A DNA stretch of 64,000 nt from Felis catus (Eukaryota): assembly GCF_018350175.1 (NCBI RefSeq), contig NC_058368.1:58282001-58346000 (forward strand), read 5' to 3'. This document shows, in pieces, positions 50,308 to 62,356 of the stretch; the stretch's first letter is position 1, and every line of letters begins with the position of its first letter. The translations under genes and the position numbers were made by a program. The notes beneath the pieces are model-generated. The model saw only the letters and a list, made by a program, of their open reading frames with translations, was not told the DNA's origin and made no database searches.

Positions 50308-50741
50308 GATCTGTCAGGGCTCAGCAAGAAACAGATTATGCATCAAACTTGATTATGATGGAAGTTTAATAAAGGGACTAATTAAAAAAGTGGTCAGAAT
50401 TTAGGTATCAAGATGTTTAAGTGCAGCTGAGAACTTCCCAGATATGAAGGGGAAGGAGTAGTAACCTAGAGAGAGTAGTTGTATAGAGAGGGTCCCCTGA
50501 AAGCTGTGACATTGGTAAAGGTTACAGTTACTCACAGGTGTCCTGAAATGACTGGCTAACCAACATTCTGAACTGCCTCAGCTCCATCCTGAAATCTCAT
50601 GCAAGTGCCTCCCATTGAGGAAAATCAGCTGGAAGTCCAATGCTAAGGAGGTCTGTTGAGATAGTCCTTATAGATCAGTATCAGAGTGCAGACCAGGGTG
50701 GAGAATGGATATGGTGAGACATATTGAAGATTTTCAAAACA
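50308..50741 (-). mobile_element. Ancient ERVL LTR (LTR33-like)
   Basis: GTCAGGGCTCAGCAAGAAACAGA, AGTTTAATAAAGGGACTA, GTGCCTCCCATTG..CAGCTGGAAG, GGGTGGAGAATGGAT. Confidence 0.7.
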
Positions 50742-51417
50742 TGCTAAACACATATTAACTCCTTTACAATTCATATGAAATACAAAATCAGGTCATCTTT
50801 CAAGAAACCACCACTTTATTCTCTGTATTTATCAGTCTGTTTCTGTTTTTGTTTTATTTTGTAGATTCTGTGAAAAGACACACATTTTCTATTGATTTTG
50901 CTTCTGATATTTTCTGTGTCTCACTGAAGTGAATACATAGTGACAATTCATGTATTTTGTTTCTTTATATTTATAGCCCTGCACACATCTCAGATTGTGG
51001 AGAAAAGAAAAAGAAAAGCAGGATTAGACCTAAAAGTTTGAGGTTTTATTATTTAAAGTTACTATGCTTTTAAATGTCATTTACTAATTAAAGTATGATA
51101 CTCACTTTAGAGCAAAGCATTTCAAAGGTGAATTTTATTTTTATTGTAACTATTTATTGTATTTAACTATTTATTTGTATTGCTCTACTCTACCACATAT
51201 AAGTAGATGCAACAATAGCAGTGTTAGAGCTTTTTCCTATTCATAGTGATGCTCTATGATTATTCTTTTTCCAGTTAATGACTCATGTTTTAAGATTTGA
51301 AAATGTTTTGATGAATGTTACTAAGTTAAGGACAATGATGGAGATTGTCTACTATCAAGTCCCCACAGCTAAAAAATTTCCATTATAGTTGCACTCTGGG
51401 ACTAGTGGAAGGGGGAT

Positions 51418-51886
51418 TATATGGGGCTAAATTGTGTTCCCCCAAAAGATGTGTTAAAGTCCTAATCACAAGTACCTATGGATGTGTCTTTATTTGTAAA
51501 TGGGGTCTTCAGATTGTAATTAAGATGCAAGCTTACAATGAGGTTATATTGGAGCAGCATGGGCCTTTAATCCAATAATACTTTTGTCTTTATAAGAGCA
51601 AAAGAGACACAGAAACAGAAAGATAGGAGAACATCATGTGCAGGCACAGACACATGGAGGAAAGAGGCCGTGAGAATACTAAGACAGTGATTAGAATTAT
51701 GTCTCTGCAAACTGAGAAATGCCAAAGATTTCTGGCAACCAACAGAAGCTAGGGATGAGAGCATGACCCTGCTGACATTTTGATTTTGGATTTCTAACCT
51801 CCAGAACTGTGAGAGGATAAATTGCAGTTGTTTTAAGCCAAGCAGTTTATGGCAGTTTATTAGAGCAGCCCTGGGAAGGTAATACA
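51418..51886 (+). mobile_element. MaLR solo LTR (MLT1B/C-like)
   Basis: AATTGTGTTCCCCCAAAAGATGTGTTAAAGTCCTAA start; CCTCCAGAACTGTGAGAGGATAAATT; GCAGCCCTGGGAAGGTAATACA end. Confidence 0.92.
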
Positions 51887-52162
51887 AGTCCCCAGTATCA
51901 CCTAAATCAAAGTCAGTCTCTAAGGTCACATATCCTGTACCTTCAATATAGGCTAAATGAACCAGTGCATGCATAGGTTGCTGTGGTACAGTAAAGCAGG
52001 TACAATAAAAATGAAGAGTAATGCGCCTGTCCTCTGAGGAGGTGGGCTATTTCAAGAAGGTACAGTCTTAGACTCTTCTCCTTAATTTCTCCTTTTTCCT
52101 ACCCCCTGATTCCTGGATGTCTGTAAGTTCAGACAAATGAGAGGAAAATATGGCCATGTACC

Positions 52163-52374
52163 TTTTTTTTGTAAAGTTTATTTATTTTTTGAGAGACAGA
52201 GACACAGTGTGGGTGGGGGAAGGGCAGAGAGAGAGGGAGACACAGAATCCAAAGCAGGCTCCAGGCTCTGAGCTGTCAGCACAGAGCCCCATGCGGGACT
52301 CTAACTCACAGACCGTGAGGTCATGACCTGAGCGAAAGTCAGACACTTAACCGACTGAGCCACACAGGCGCCCC
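52163..52374 (-). mobile_element. Felid SINE
   Basis: Reverse canonical SINE; flanks share GCCATGTA. Confidence 0.96.
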
Positions 52375-54741
52375 ATGTGCCATGTAACCAAGTACCATGT
52401 AACTTTTTAAGAAGTTAAGGATGGCTAAACCAACTTGTCTTTTAGGGACCTTCTTTGAATAGGAAGAAATGGTTGGTGGTTTGGGGTATACCTCCTACAA
52501 GTTCTTTGTTTCCTTTTTATAGAATTGCTTCCTATGAGCATGAAATACATAAACATAAGGAATAAGTCCATGGTTGAATTGCTATACCTGTTTTTGTTTT
52601 TGTTTTTTAGGGAGGCAACTCATACAGATATATGCATTTATAGTCCACTATTAGATGGTTCAATTAGTGATGGCTTATAAATCTGAGTAAAGACATATTT
52701 TTGTCCAATTCATGATAGTGTGCTTTACAGCTAGGAGCCATAGCTGATTCCCAGTCCAGGGCTTAGAGCATTCAATGTTGCAGGCTAGCAGTGGTTTACC
52801 ATCATTATGGCTGATAACTTGGCATTCATTTAAATTTTCCCATGTTTTCTTTTGTCTACAAATGTTGTAGAGAGTCTCCCACCCGTTGCACCAGCAGTTG
52901 GGACAAAAGAGTATGTCAGTCTCTGTGTGTAACACATGGATGGCCAGCTGGCCAGAGATGACTAAATTGTCTTAGATAAGAATCATTTCTTAACTGAAAG
53001 TGCTGTTTCTGTACCAAAATGGAACCCCTGAGAGCTTGTCTTACATTCAACTTGGTTCACACATATTCTACTGCAAAGTAATAATGTAAAGTTGAAGAGT
53101 CATGACTTTTTTTTCCAGTAAGACTGTAAAATAATGTTTCTGTGTGGGCCAAGAAACGGACTACACATTTGATATTTAACAGTTGAAGGAAGTTCTCTAA
53201 TCCTGAACTCTGTGTGCATAAGTTTCAGTAGAGTTTCCAAGAGGATCTTCTCATAAAAGGTTAAGATAAGATGTGATGTTGGTTATGGATATTTTTAATT
53301 CCATGGAGTCTTGAAAAGGCATAATTTCTCATGTCAAGACTTATTTTATTGCTACTTTCACTGCTCTTATGCTTTGTTTATATTAAGGTTCCCAGTCAGT
53401 TTTGGCCTTTTGTCTGATGATTTGGGATAGAGGCCAGAGTAAAATTCCAGATGTAGGATATCCAGGATCTATAAATCCAATTCAACATTGAGAATTCTTT
53501 ATTGTCATTGGTAGCTGCAGATCAAAATGTATTCATAACACTCTGTGAAATATCTCTGTGTGCTTCAGAATACACAGAACTCAAAACAGGCCTGGACAGG
53601 CAAAGTCTTTGCTACTTTTCTCATTCTGGCCTCATTGAGTAATAATATTCAAAGCAATATGCAATTCAAACAAGTTTTTCCAGTGTAAACTGGCGGCAAA
53701 ATATCATTAACATAATGAAATATTTGCATGCTATGAACAGTTCACATTATGCTACTATTAATTTAACCCACAGATGACTATTTCTGTAATGTTCAGAGAG
53801 TAAAAGCATACTGCATTTTTCTCCAAGGGAAGGCAAGCCTAAGAGGTATGATAAAGGTCACATGAGCAATATCCACAGATGCATACAAATCCAATACTAG
53901 AAGTGATTTATTCCAATGCTCTTACGATATCAGGCATTTCTGAAACATTGTTGGCCTTTTTCATGTTTAAACCTCAATCGTCTACCTTACCCTGAGACTC
54001 TAAGTACAATGTGGCTTCCACAGGGAAGATTGGGTTATAAAATTTGAAGATAATATTGTGTAGCACTTTGGCCTATAGAAAACATTATGAAATGACCAAG
54101 TAAGTTGTCTTTGCCTGTTCTACAATCTAGTTTCAATTTTCCAATCGGAAACATCTAGGAATATAAGCTTTTTGGGGCTGTATATTTTGGCTGACCTTTA
54201 TGAAGGTAGAGGTGCCAAAGAATTCATCCCAACCAGTCCATGTGATGAATATCCAGAATATCCCCATAAACCATAAAGGCTGACAAAAGAACAAGAAGGG
54301 CATTCCAGACACAAAATAAAAAATCACAACCATGTAAGTTTCAGTATTAAGTTCAGGGATCCTTGGGGCTCGACCTTGGGATAAAAGAATTTAGGCCCAA
54401 ATCTTATTTTTTCCTTAGTTTGTCTTGTTCCCATAATACTCTGTATCAATTGCAGGTAACAGCCTTGTATCAGTCCATTGACCTGTCTACATTGTTCCAC
54501 AGAAGCTTTAAAATTCTTCCCGATTTTTTTTTTTTTTTTTGTCAGCTTATCTGCTTCGTTGATGGGTGATCTGAATGGTCCTCTTCCTAAACTGTTTGCA
54601 CATACCTCTTGAATAAGGTCAGTCCCTAAGTTTCAGCCATGAAACATGTATTCTTGCTATCCCCCCGCCCCCAACATCTTCCTAAGAGTCCGGTCTCCTT
54701 TATGCAGGCTAATGGCAGCCTTACTATAGGAGCTTTTAATT

Positions 54742-54822
54742 CAATTCATTTTAAAATTTTTGAAGTTTATTGATTTATTTTGAAGAGAGAGAGAGAGGAG
54801 GGGAGGGCCATCTAGGCACCCC
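54742..54822 (-). mobile_element. Mini-SINE: head fused to CT/A tail
   Basis: Minus strand GGGGTGCCTAGATGGC joined to CCTCCCCTCC(TC)n..CAAAATAAATCAATAAAC; TSD GA(G/A)CTTTTAATT. Confidence 0.8.
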
Positions 54823-55127
54823 TGAACTTTTAATTTTAAATCCACTTCTCCTTCATAATCTTTGTGTGTTGTTTTTTTTTTTTGTTTTGTTTTGTTTTGG
54901 TTTTGTTTTTTTTTTTTTTTTGGGGGGGGGTTTTTTTTTGGAGATTTGGTGTTTGCTAGATTTCTCTGCTGCCACCCTATGCCTCTAGGCCTGGAACAGA
55001 CATTTCTAAGACCTCACTGGATTCTAACTAAATGGGCTCAGCTAATTTTATATACCTCTATAGTACTCAGCTCTTTGATTCCTCCTTTCATACCTACTCA
55101 TGTTAGGAGTGCTTCTATGGCCATAGT

Positions 55128-55300
55128 TAGAGGTGATAGAGATGTTAGATAACACTACAATAGAGATGATAGAGGTGTTTGATAATGCTATGGTGGTAAC
55201 CATATTCCAGTATGTAAATGTATCAAATCAACGTGTTATACACCTTAAACTTATGCAATGTTATATGTCAGTTATCTGACAGTTTATCTCCATTAAAAAA
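55128..55300 (+). mobile_element. Short old L1 3' end
   Basis: GCTATGGTGGTAACCATATT..TGTATCAAATCAACGTGTTATACACCTTAAACTTATGCAATGTTATATGTCA. Confidence 0.8.
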
Positions 55301-55349
55301 GAATATTGTTCATTATTCACTGGAGATAAAGCTAGAAAGAGTAATAACA

Positions 55350-55409
55350 TTTTTAAGCTTATTTATTTATTTTGAGAGAGGGAGAGACAGAGTGTGTGAG
55401 TGAGTGAGG

Positions 55410-55447
<38 letters not shown>

Positions 55448-55573
55448 CCCAAGTAAGCTCCCCACTGTTAGTGCAGAGCCTGATACGGGGCTCGAATCCA
55501 CGATCCATGAGATCATGACCTGAGCCGAAGTCAAGAGCCAGATGCTTAACCAACTGAGCCACCCAGGAACCCC
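55350..55573 (-). mobile_element. Felid SINE
   Basis: Reverse SINE; degenerate TSD AAAGAGT(A/G)AT. Confidence 0.95.
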
Positions 55574-55922
55574 AAAAGAGTGATTAACTCTTACAAAAAA
55601 AGAATATGGAAAAACTAAAAATTCATAAATTGTCTTGGATTTAACTAGCTGAAATCACAGGGTAACAAAGAAGCCATCATCTAAGGAAAGATGTGTATAT
55701 GCAGGAAGTGAATGATAAGATGATACTTTGCTTATCTAGGACATACATTTTTAAAAATATTTTAAATTTTATTTTGAATATTTCTATACTTTCTAATATC
55801 TAGTTTTATTTTTCATTTTACTATTAGCTATTTCTTATTTATAGAATAGGATTTATCTAACTTAATGTATAAATTATTTGCATTGTGATAAAAAAAATAG
55901 GTTGGATATAATAACAATCTTT

Positions 55923-56129
55923 GGGGAGCCTGGGTGGCTCAGTCGGTTGGGTATCCAACTTCAGTTCAGGTCATGATCTCCCAGTGAGTTCCAGCCCCGC
56001 ATTGGACTCTGTGCTACAGCGCAGAGACTGGAGCCTGCTTCAGATTCTGTGTCTCCCTCTCTCTGTTCCTCCCCCACTTGTGCTCTGTCTCTGTCTCTCA
56101 AAAGTGAATAAACGTTAAAAAAGAAATTT
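55923..56129 (+). mobile_element. Felid SINE
   Basis: Canonical with small internal deletion; TSD AATAACA(A/G)TCTTT. Confidence 0.95.
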
Positions 56130-56245
56130 AATAACAGTCTTTTATAATTGGATTGGGATTCCTTTAAAATAAATTACATGCTCAATTTTCACAAATGTGT
56201 TGGGCATACTTTAAAAGTTCTGTGTACTCTGTACTTAAAACATCA

Positions 56246-56437
56246 TTTTTTTCTGATGTTTTATTTGTTTCTGAGAGAGCACAAGTGGGGGAGGGGCAGA
56301 GAGAAAGGGACAGAGGATCTGAAGCCCCCTATGTGTTAACAGCAGCAAGCCCAACATGGGGCTGAAACTCACAAACCATGAGATCATGACCTGAGCAGAA
56401 GTTTGAAGCTCAACCAACTGAGCCACCCAGGTGCCCT
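56246..56437 (-). mobile_element. Felid SINE
   Basis: Reverse SINE ending GAGCCACCCAGGTGCCC. Confidence 0.94.
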
Positions 56438-56444
56438 TGGGATA

Positions 56445-57290
56445 TCATTAGTAATTGAATTATCAATTCAATCAGCTTATTAATTGAATATTTCAAATCT
56501 TGTCTGCCCTTACTGACACTTTGTTGTAGATCTACTAAATAATAAAATGAGGGTATTAAATCACATATACATAAATATGGTAATATACATATATATGATG
56601 TAAATTATATATATATATATGTGTATATATATGTGTGTGTATATATATATATATATATATAGGTTATATTATTAGGCCTGTAAAAATTCATATTTGTATG
56701 AATTGCTGAATTAAACATTTTATTATTTGTAATGATCTTTCTTCTAAAGCTTTATCGAATACTGGAAGTGTTATGTACATTTTACGTGCTTCAAATTTTT
56801 TGGAATAGCTTTGAACTTTACTTATTTATTGTTTTGGTGTCTCCTTCAAATAGCTGTAATTTATGTTTTTTTTAATTTCTGTATTGTAATGTTTTCTTCA
56901 TATTATATCACTAGTCCGCTTGTATTTATTTAAATTCCTGGTATTTGGAGTTATCAACCATTTTATTTTTTACTTCTTATTTGGCACTCACTTTCTGTTT
57001 GTTTTCCCTCCCTTACTTTTCATTTTTTCTTTTGGATTGGTTGATTTTTTTCCAATAATTTTTGTGTAATTTTTTTAACTAAATGAAAAACTATAACTAT
57101 CATTTTATTGGTTGATCTAGTTATTTCAATATGGGTAATTAAATTAACAAAGTTATATAATATAATGTTATCACTAACTTTTCCCTTTCCAAAAGCAATC
57201 TAAAAACATTAGAATATTTTTTTCACTCACCTGTTTTCAATCTTGATATAATTGTGTTTGGTTATTTTCATTCTATCTTATTTTGATCAC
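56445..57290 (-). mobile_element. Very old L1 relic (ORF2 endonuclease/ORF1 junction region) with internal (TA)n
   Basis: T-rich and resembles the 28340-28800 EN segment (GAGGGTATTAAATC, TTTTATTATTTGTAATGATCTTTC, GGTGTCTCCTT); highly degraded. Confidence 0.5.
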
Positions 57291-57540
57291 AAGCAAGTTC
57301 ACTGGTATGATGTAAAGCGCCTAACTCCTTTCCATATATTGGGAGAAGTTTAAAACTAGAGAAAGGCAAACATTAGGTTTTCTACTTACTTCACTAATGC
57401 AAAAGAAAGTTCCAAGGCTCAAAATAAAACTGGGAGTCCCTTTTATCATTTTCACCCAACAGGAAGGCTTAATTGAAAATCAAGAATGTGGAAAATGACG
57501 CTGTTGTTTATAAAAGCAACAGTTTAAGTTATTGCATATT

Positions 57541-57675
57541 CTGGTGTTTCTCAAATTGAATGTACATAGGAGTCACTGCACATCTTGTTAAAACGTATAC
57601 TCTGAATCAATAGGTCTAAGGTGGGTCATGGCATTCTGTATTTCACAGAAAGGAGTAGATGTGTCACACTTTAAT
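57541..57675. mobile_element. MER5-like hAT MITE relic
   Basis: GTGTTTCTCAAATTGAATGTACAT..TCAC..CTTGTTAAAA..TCTGAATCAATAGGTCT..GTGGG..ATTCTGTATTTC. Confidence 0.7.
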
Positions 57676-58460
57676 TGGAAGTGTGAACCATTTAAACATG
57701 TAATAAGAACATATTTCATATAGAGGATGCAATGGAACCTATTACTTTCTCCACTTAAAAATATGGACAAATCTTTATTTTTCTTTAATTATGTAAGTAG
57801 AATATAGTTTAATTATATTCTATTAAATCTAATAAACACGAACTTGTCCATTGACTATCAATACACTCCAGAAAGGATGTGACATGAGAACAGAGACTAT
57901 CTCTCATTCTCTCAATGTTCATTTGACATGTGAATGTCATTAATAAAGGCATGAAAATATTGTTTCTGAGTAAGCTTTACATAATGAATAATCAACACCC
58001 CATTAACTTAATTGCTTATCATAAAAATAAATTCATAAAACATATAATTATTTGTAGGGATTTCTGTTATCCTAAATATATTTTTATTATGGTTTGCAAT
58101 CTGTATGGTAATTATCAAGAAAATCTGTCACAATGAATGCCAGTAAAATGAGAATAACAAGTCAGAATGATACGTCCTTATAACTTAATTCTGAAATTAA
58201 AACACCTCATATATAATATTTATATATTAGATACATAGTTGTAACTTTATATCCAATGTATTTAATTTAGAAATTAATCTGCTGGTTTGGGTTGTTTACT
58301 TTTCCAAAATAGAATTAAATGTGTCAGTTTAGGTACATATCAGCGAGGCGATATTACACTAGTTATTTTCCAAACTAAAAAAAAATAACACTTTAGATAT
58401 TTTTTCAATTAATCTTTTTCATTTAGTTAGCAATTTTTATATTCTAAAATCATTTAATTA

Positions 58461-58682
58461 GGGGCGCCTGGGTGGCGCAGTCGGTTAAGCGTCCGACTTC
58501 AGCCAGGTCACAATCTCGCGCTCCGTGAGTTCGAGCCCCGCGTCGGGCTCTGGGCTGATGGCTCGGAGCCTGGAGCCTGTTTCCAATTCTGTGTCTCCCT
58601 CTCTCTCTGCCCCTCCCCCGTTCATGCTCTGTCTCTCTCTGTCCCAAAAATAAATAAACGTTGAAAAAAAATTAAAAAAAAA
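58461..58682 (+). mobile_element. Very young felid SINE
   Basis: CpGs largely intact; perfect 16-bp TSD TAAAATCATTTAATTA. Confidence 0.98.
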
Positions 58683-59049
58683 TAAAATCATTTAATTAAG
58701 AAGAAAGATTTAAATTTTTGTGTAGGCTAAATTACCTAAATTCTGCTTTCTTTTGTTTTAATATCTTTATTGTTTCTACTGCTCTACTGGTTTCTGTGCT
58801 CAGAAAATCAATGTTCACCAATTTCAAAGGTATGCCTTCTTGATTTATTGAGTATTCTCAATATTTACTCCAATCTGGAAGACATCTTTATTTAAATTAT
58901 ATCCTAAACATGCCATTTAAATTCCTTAATTATAAACTTTAATTTTTGAAGGAAGTGTATCCTATATATAAACTTTGCTAATGAAAAATCTTGTATACAG
59001 AAGAAAGGACAAGGGAAAAGGGTTAAATTAATATAAAATATTTGGATTC

Positions 59050-59265
59050 AGGGCACCTGGGTGGTTCAGTTGGCTAAGCATCCAATCTTGATTTCGGCTC
59101 AGGTTATGATCTTACAGTTAGTGGGATCAAACTCTGTATTGGGCTCTGCACTGACAGCATGGAGCCTGCTTGGGATTTTCTGTCTCCCTCTCTCTCCACT
59201 CCTCCCCTGCTCATACTCTTTCTCTTTCTCAAAATAAATAAATATTTTAAAAAATAAAAATAAAA
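59050..59265 (+). mobile_element. Felid SINE
   Basis: Canonical layout. Confidence 0.95.
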
Positions 59266-60772
59266 TGGCCTTGCCTCTCACTTAAAAAAATGGTTTCAAA
59301 GAGAAATCAGCTTGATTTTTAAAATATGTATTTGTACTAAAGTAATCTTGATTCATTATTAACTTGATTAATTCATATTTAACATGTCCCAACCTACAAA
59401 TCCATTTCTGAACTATTATAAGAAAATAAATAGGAAGTATCTGGACTCAAATAGAATATATTATAAAATAACAGGATTCATGTGTAGCATCAACATACCA
59501 GCAGTGGATGCCCAATATATGTTAGCTTTTCTTTCAAAAGAAACATGGTTTTACTTATATATAAGGATATGTGGTTAAAAATGATTAAAATAATCATTAG
59601 TTATCATCATAACTAATACCTTTCACTACTGTCTGGCTTTAACTAGAAATAAGTTCAACTCTACTAATGAAGATCATAGTCAATGCATAGTGGGAGATTA
59701 GAAATTCATATTTTTAATTTAATTTTTGATATAGAAAATACCTAAGAAAATTATATATTGATTAATTTGAACAATTGAAAAGGTTTTCTTCATTATTTAC
59801 TCACTTATAGGTTTAAGTATAAACCTGTCTGTTTATATTGAACTATCCTTAAATGTAATTTGTCCTCATTGATATCAACTGCACCACATGTAGAGCACAG
59901 TCATATGCTATGTAGAGTCCATATAGATTGAAGGAAAGAATGGGACTTAAAATAATAGTGCATAGATTTTAATATCATAGATTATTATTTGTTGGGGTTT
60001 TTTTGCCCTTTTATTTTTTGTAAGTGTAATGTCTATTCCAAGGTAAATATAATGAAAGAGTTATTTGGTAAAATGTAATTAATCTTTGTATTGTTACATC
60101 GGCAGAATATATAATAAAAATAAGTAACTCTTTGTCTCTAATTTTACTTTATGTTTGTATCCATATGTGGAAAAGCATCATTTATATTTAGTAAAAAAGA
60201 TAGCCCCAAATATATAGTGTTGTTGCTCTATAGGACATAACCAGTTTTGTTATCTAAACTAGAAACTTTCTTCCAGAATATTTTCTTCAGTTTCTTTTGA
60301 ATTGTCTTTTGAATTAGCTTTAGTATCCTCTAAAGTTCCTCCATTAGTGAGAAAAAAATATTGGCATGTGCTTATTTTATCTATTTTATGAGTCATGTTT
60401 TTAACTCTTGGAAGTTCTAAATTGCAATGTAGATATTTCAATTCAATATGGCTAATAAATTCAGGCATACTTTCTTTAAAATAGGAAGGAACTGTTTTAT
60501 TAGTTTAGTTCAGTTAGGAAATGTATTCACTTTGGTGTTTGTTTCCTGAGGGAAGACTCTTATGAAATGAGTATTATTTAAAATCATGTTATTTTTGTAT
60601 CACATAATTTTACATTTATATAAGGTTCTAGTGTCGTTCTGGATTGAATAATGTCCTTTCCCATCAGTTCTGTTGGTCCATTTCTATAGGTCAATGACAT
60701 TTCTGAAAGGGAGCTAAATATGACCAGATTTCTAATCTGTTGGTCTCATTATTAGAATACTGGAGTGATTCT

Positions 60773-60994
60773 TTTTTTTTAATTTTTTTTATAACATTTT
60801 ATTTTTGAGACAGAGAGAGACAGAGCATGAACGGGGGAGGGTCAGAGAGAGAGGGAGACACAGAATCTGAAACAGGTTCCAGGCTCTGAGTGGTCAGCCC
60901 GACGCGGGGCTCGAACTCACAGCCCTCACGGACCGTGAGATCATGACCTGAGCCGAAGTCGGCCGCCCAACCGACTGAGCCACCCAGGTGCCCC
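60773..60994 (-). mobile_element. Young felid SINE with small internal indels
   Basis: Reverse SINE; TSD TGGAGTGATTCT. Confidence 0.97.
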
Positions 60995-61452
60995 TGGAGT
61001 GATTCTAAGACCACATGTCACAACATGGTAAGAAGCTATCTGAAACTAGATCTGAAACTAATCTGCCTACAATGTAGGACCCAGCCTGGCCTGGTGGTTG
61101 ACTAGGTCAGGATACACTGTGTCATTGTTTCTAACACTTCCTGGCAAAACACTGTAACTCATGAGATTGTCTCCCCCTAAGTGACAAAGTTGAACATCCT
61201 TCCAACCTGCTGTAAAAGAATGAAATATTAATTTAAGAAACTAAATACTAAAAAAATCCTTGGAATAAGAAAATGGATTGTAACTGGGCAAGAGTAACAA
61301 CAGCCAATATTTTTATATCACTGTGTGTCCACAGTGGATATTAGCACCTTTATTCCTCACAGCAAGTCTACATATAAGGAAATGGAGGTAAAGACTGTAT
61401 AACTTGCTTAGGGAAATGGTAAGTGGAAGAAATGAAACTCCAACTTGAGCAA

Positions 61453-61883
61453 AACTATAGGTTGAATTGTGGCCTGCCAAAAATATGTGAAGTTCTAACT
61501 GCAGTCCCTCAGAATATGACCTTATTTGGTATCAGAGTCATAGATTTAGCCAGTTTAAGATGAGGTAAATAGGATGGTCCCTAGTCCAATACAATAGCTA
61601 TATTTTCAAATTGGGGAAATATGGGCACACACACAGAGAGAGAGGAGGTGGTGTGGAGATACACAGGAAAAATCATGTAAAGACAGAAAATTGGAATGAT
61701 GCATCTACAAGCAAAGGAATGCTTGAGGCGACCCAAAACTAAGGGAGAAAGATGGAACATTTTTTTTCCTAGGGCCTTTAGTGGGAGATGGCTTTGCTGA
61801 GCCTTTTCAGACAATTACTTTCTATTATTATAAGCCGCCTAATTTGTGGTATTTTGTTATGGCAGCCCTAGGAAACTAATAGA
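61453..61883 (+). mobile_element. MaLR solo LTR (MLT1B/C-like)
   Basis: CTATAGGTTGAATTGTGGCC..CTCAGAATATGACCTTATTTGG start; TTTGTGGTATTTTGTTATGGCAGCCCTAGGAAACTAATAGA end. Confidence 0.9.
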
Positions 61884-62138
61884 GGGAATCTAGTATAAAA
61901 ATCAATATGTCATCTCAAGGCTTTGATCCTTGCATACAATTTCACATTTCAATTTTAAATTATAAAATTGCATAGTAACGTTGATAAAAGAAAATTACAT
62001 CAGACATTTTGGATGTAGCCAATATTTGTTAAAAGATGAAAAACAGGAAAATTAGAAAACCAAGAATAGTAAAAACTTTTGACTTAATGGCTCTAAAATT
62101 AATGCCACTTAATATGCTACCTTAAAAGATTTAAAATA

Positions 62139-62356
62139 GGGGCGCCTGGGTAGCGCAGTCGGTTAAGCGTCCGACTTCAGGCAGGTCACGATCTCGCGCT
62201 CCGTGAGTTCGAGCCCCGTGTCGGGCTCTGGGCTGATGGCTCAGAGCCTGGAGCCTGTTTCCGATTCTGTGTCTCCCTCTCTCTCTGCCCCTCCCCCGTT
62301 CATGCTCTGTCTCTCTCTGTCCCAAAAATAAATAAACGTTGAAAAAAAATTTAAAA
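62139..62356 (+). mobile_element. Very young felid SINE
   Basis: CpG-rich; perfect 15-bp TSD AAAAGATTTAAAATA. Confidence 0.98.

Noticed and set aside
54861..54940. Long T-rich tract with a G9 run
   Set aside because: Low-complexity tract with no associated element body or TSD that I can identify
58461..58545. tRNA-like sequence with A/B boxes
   Set aside because: It is the tRNA-derived head of a SINE, followed by CT tract, A tail and TSD; not a tRNA gene
61038..61065. ATCTGAAACTA tandem pair (similar 12-17 bp duplications near 39217 and 51148)
   Set aside because: Ordinary short slippage duplications
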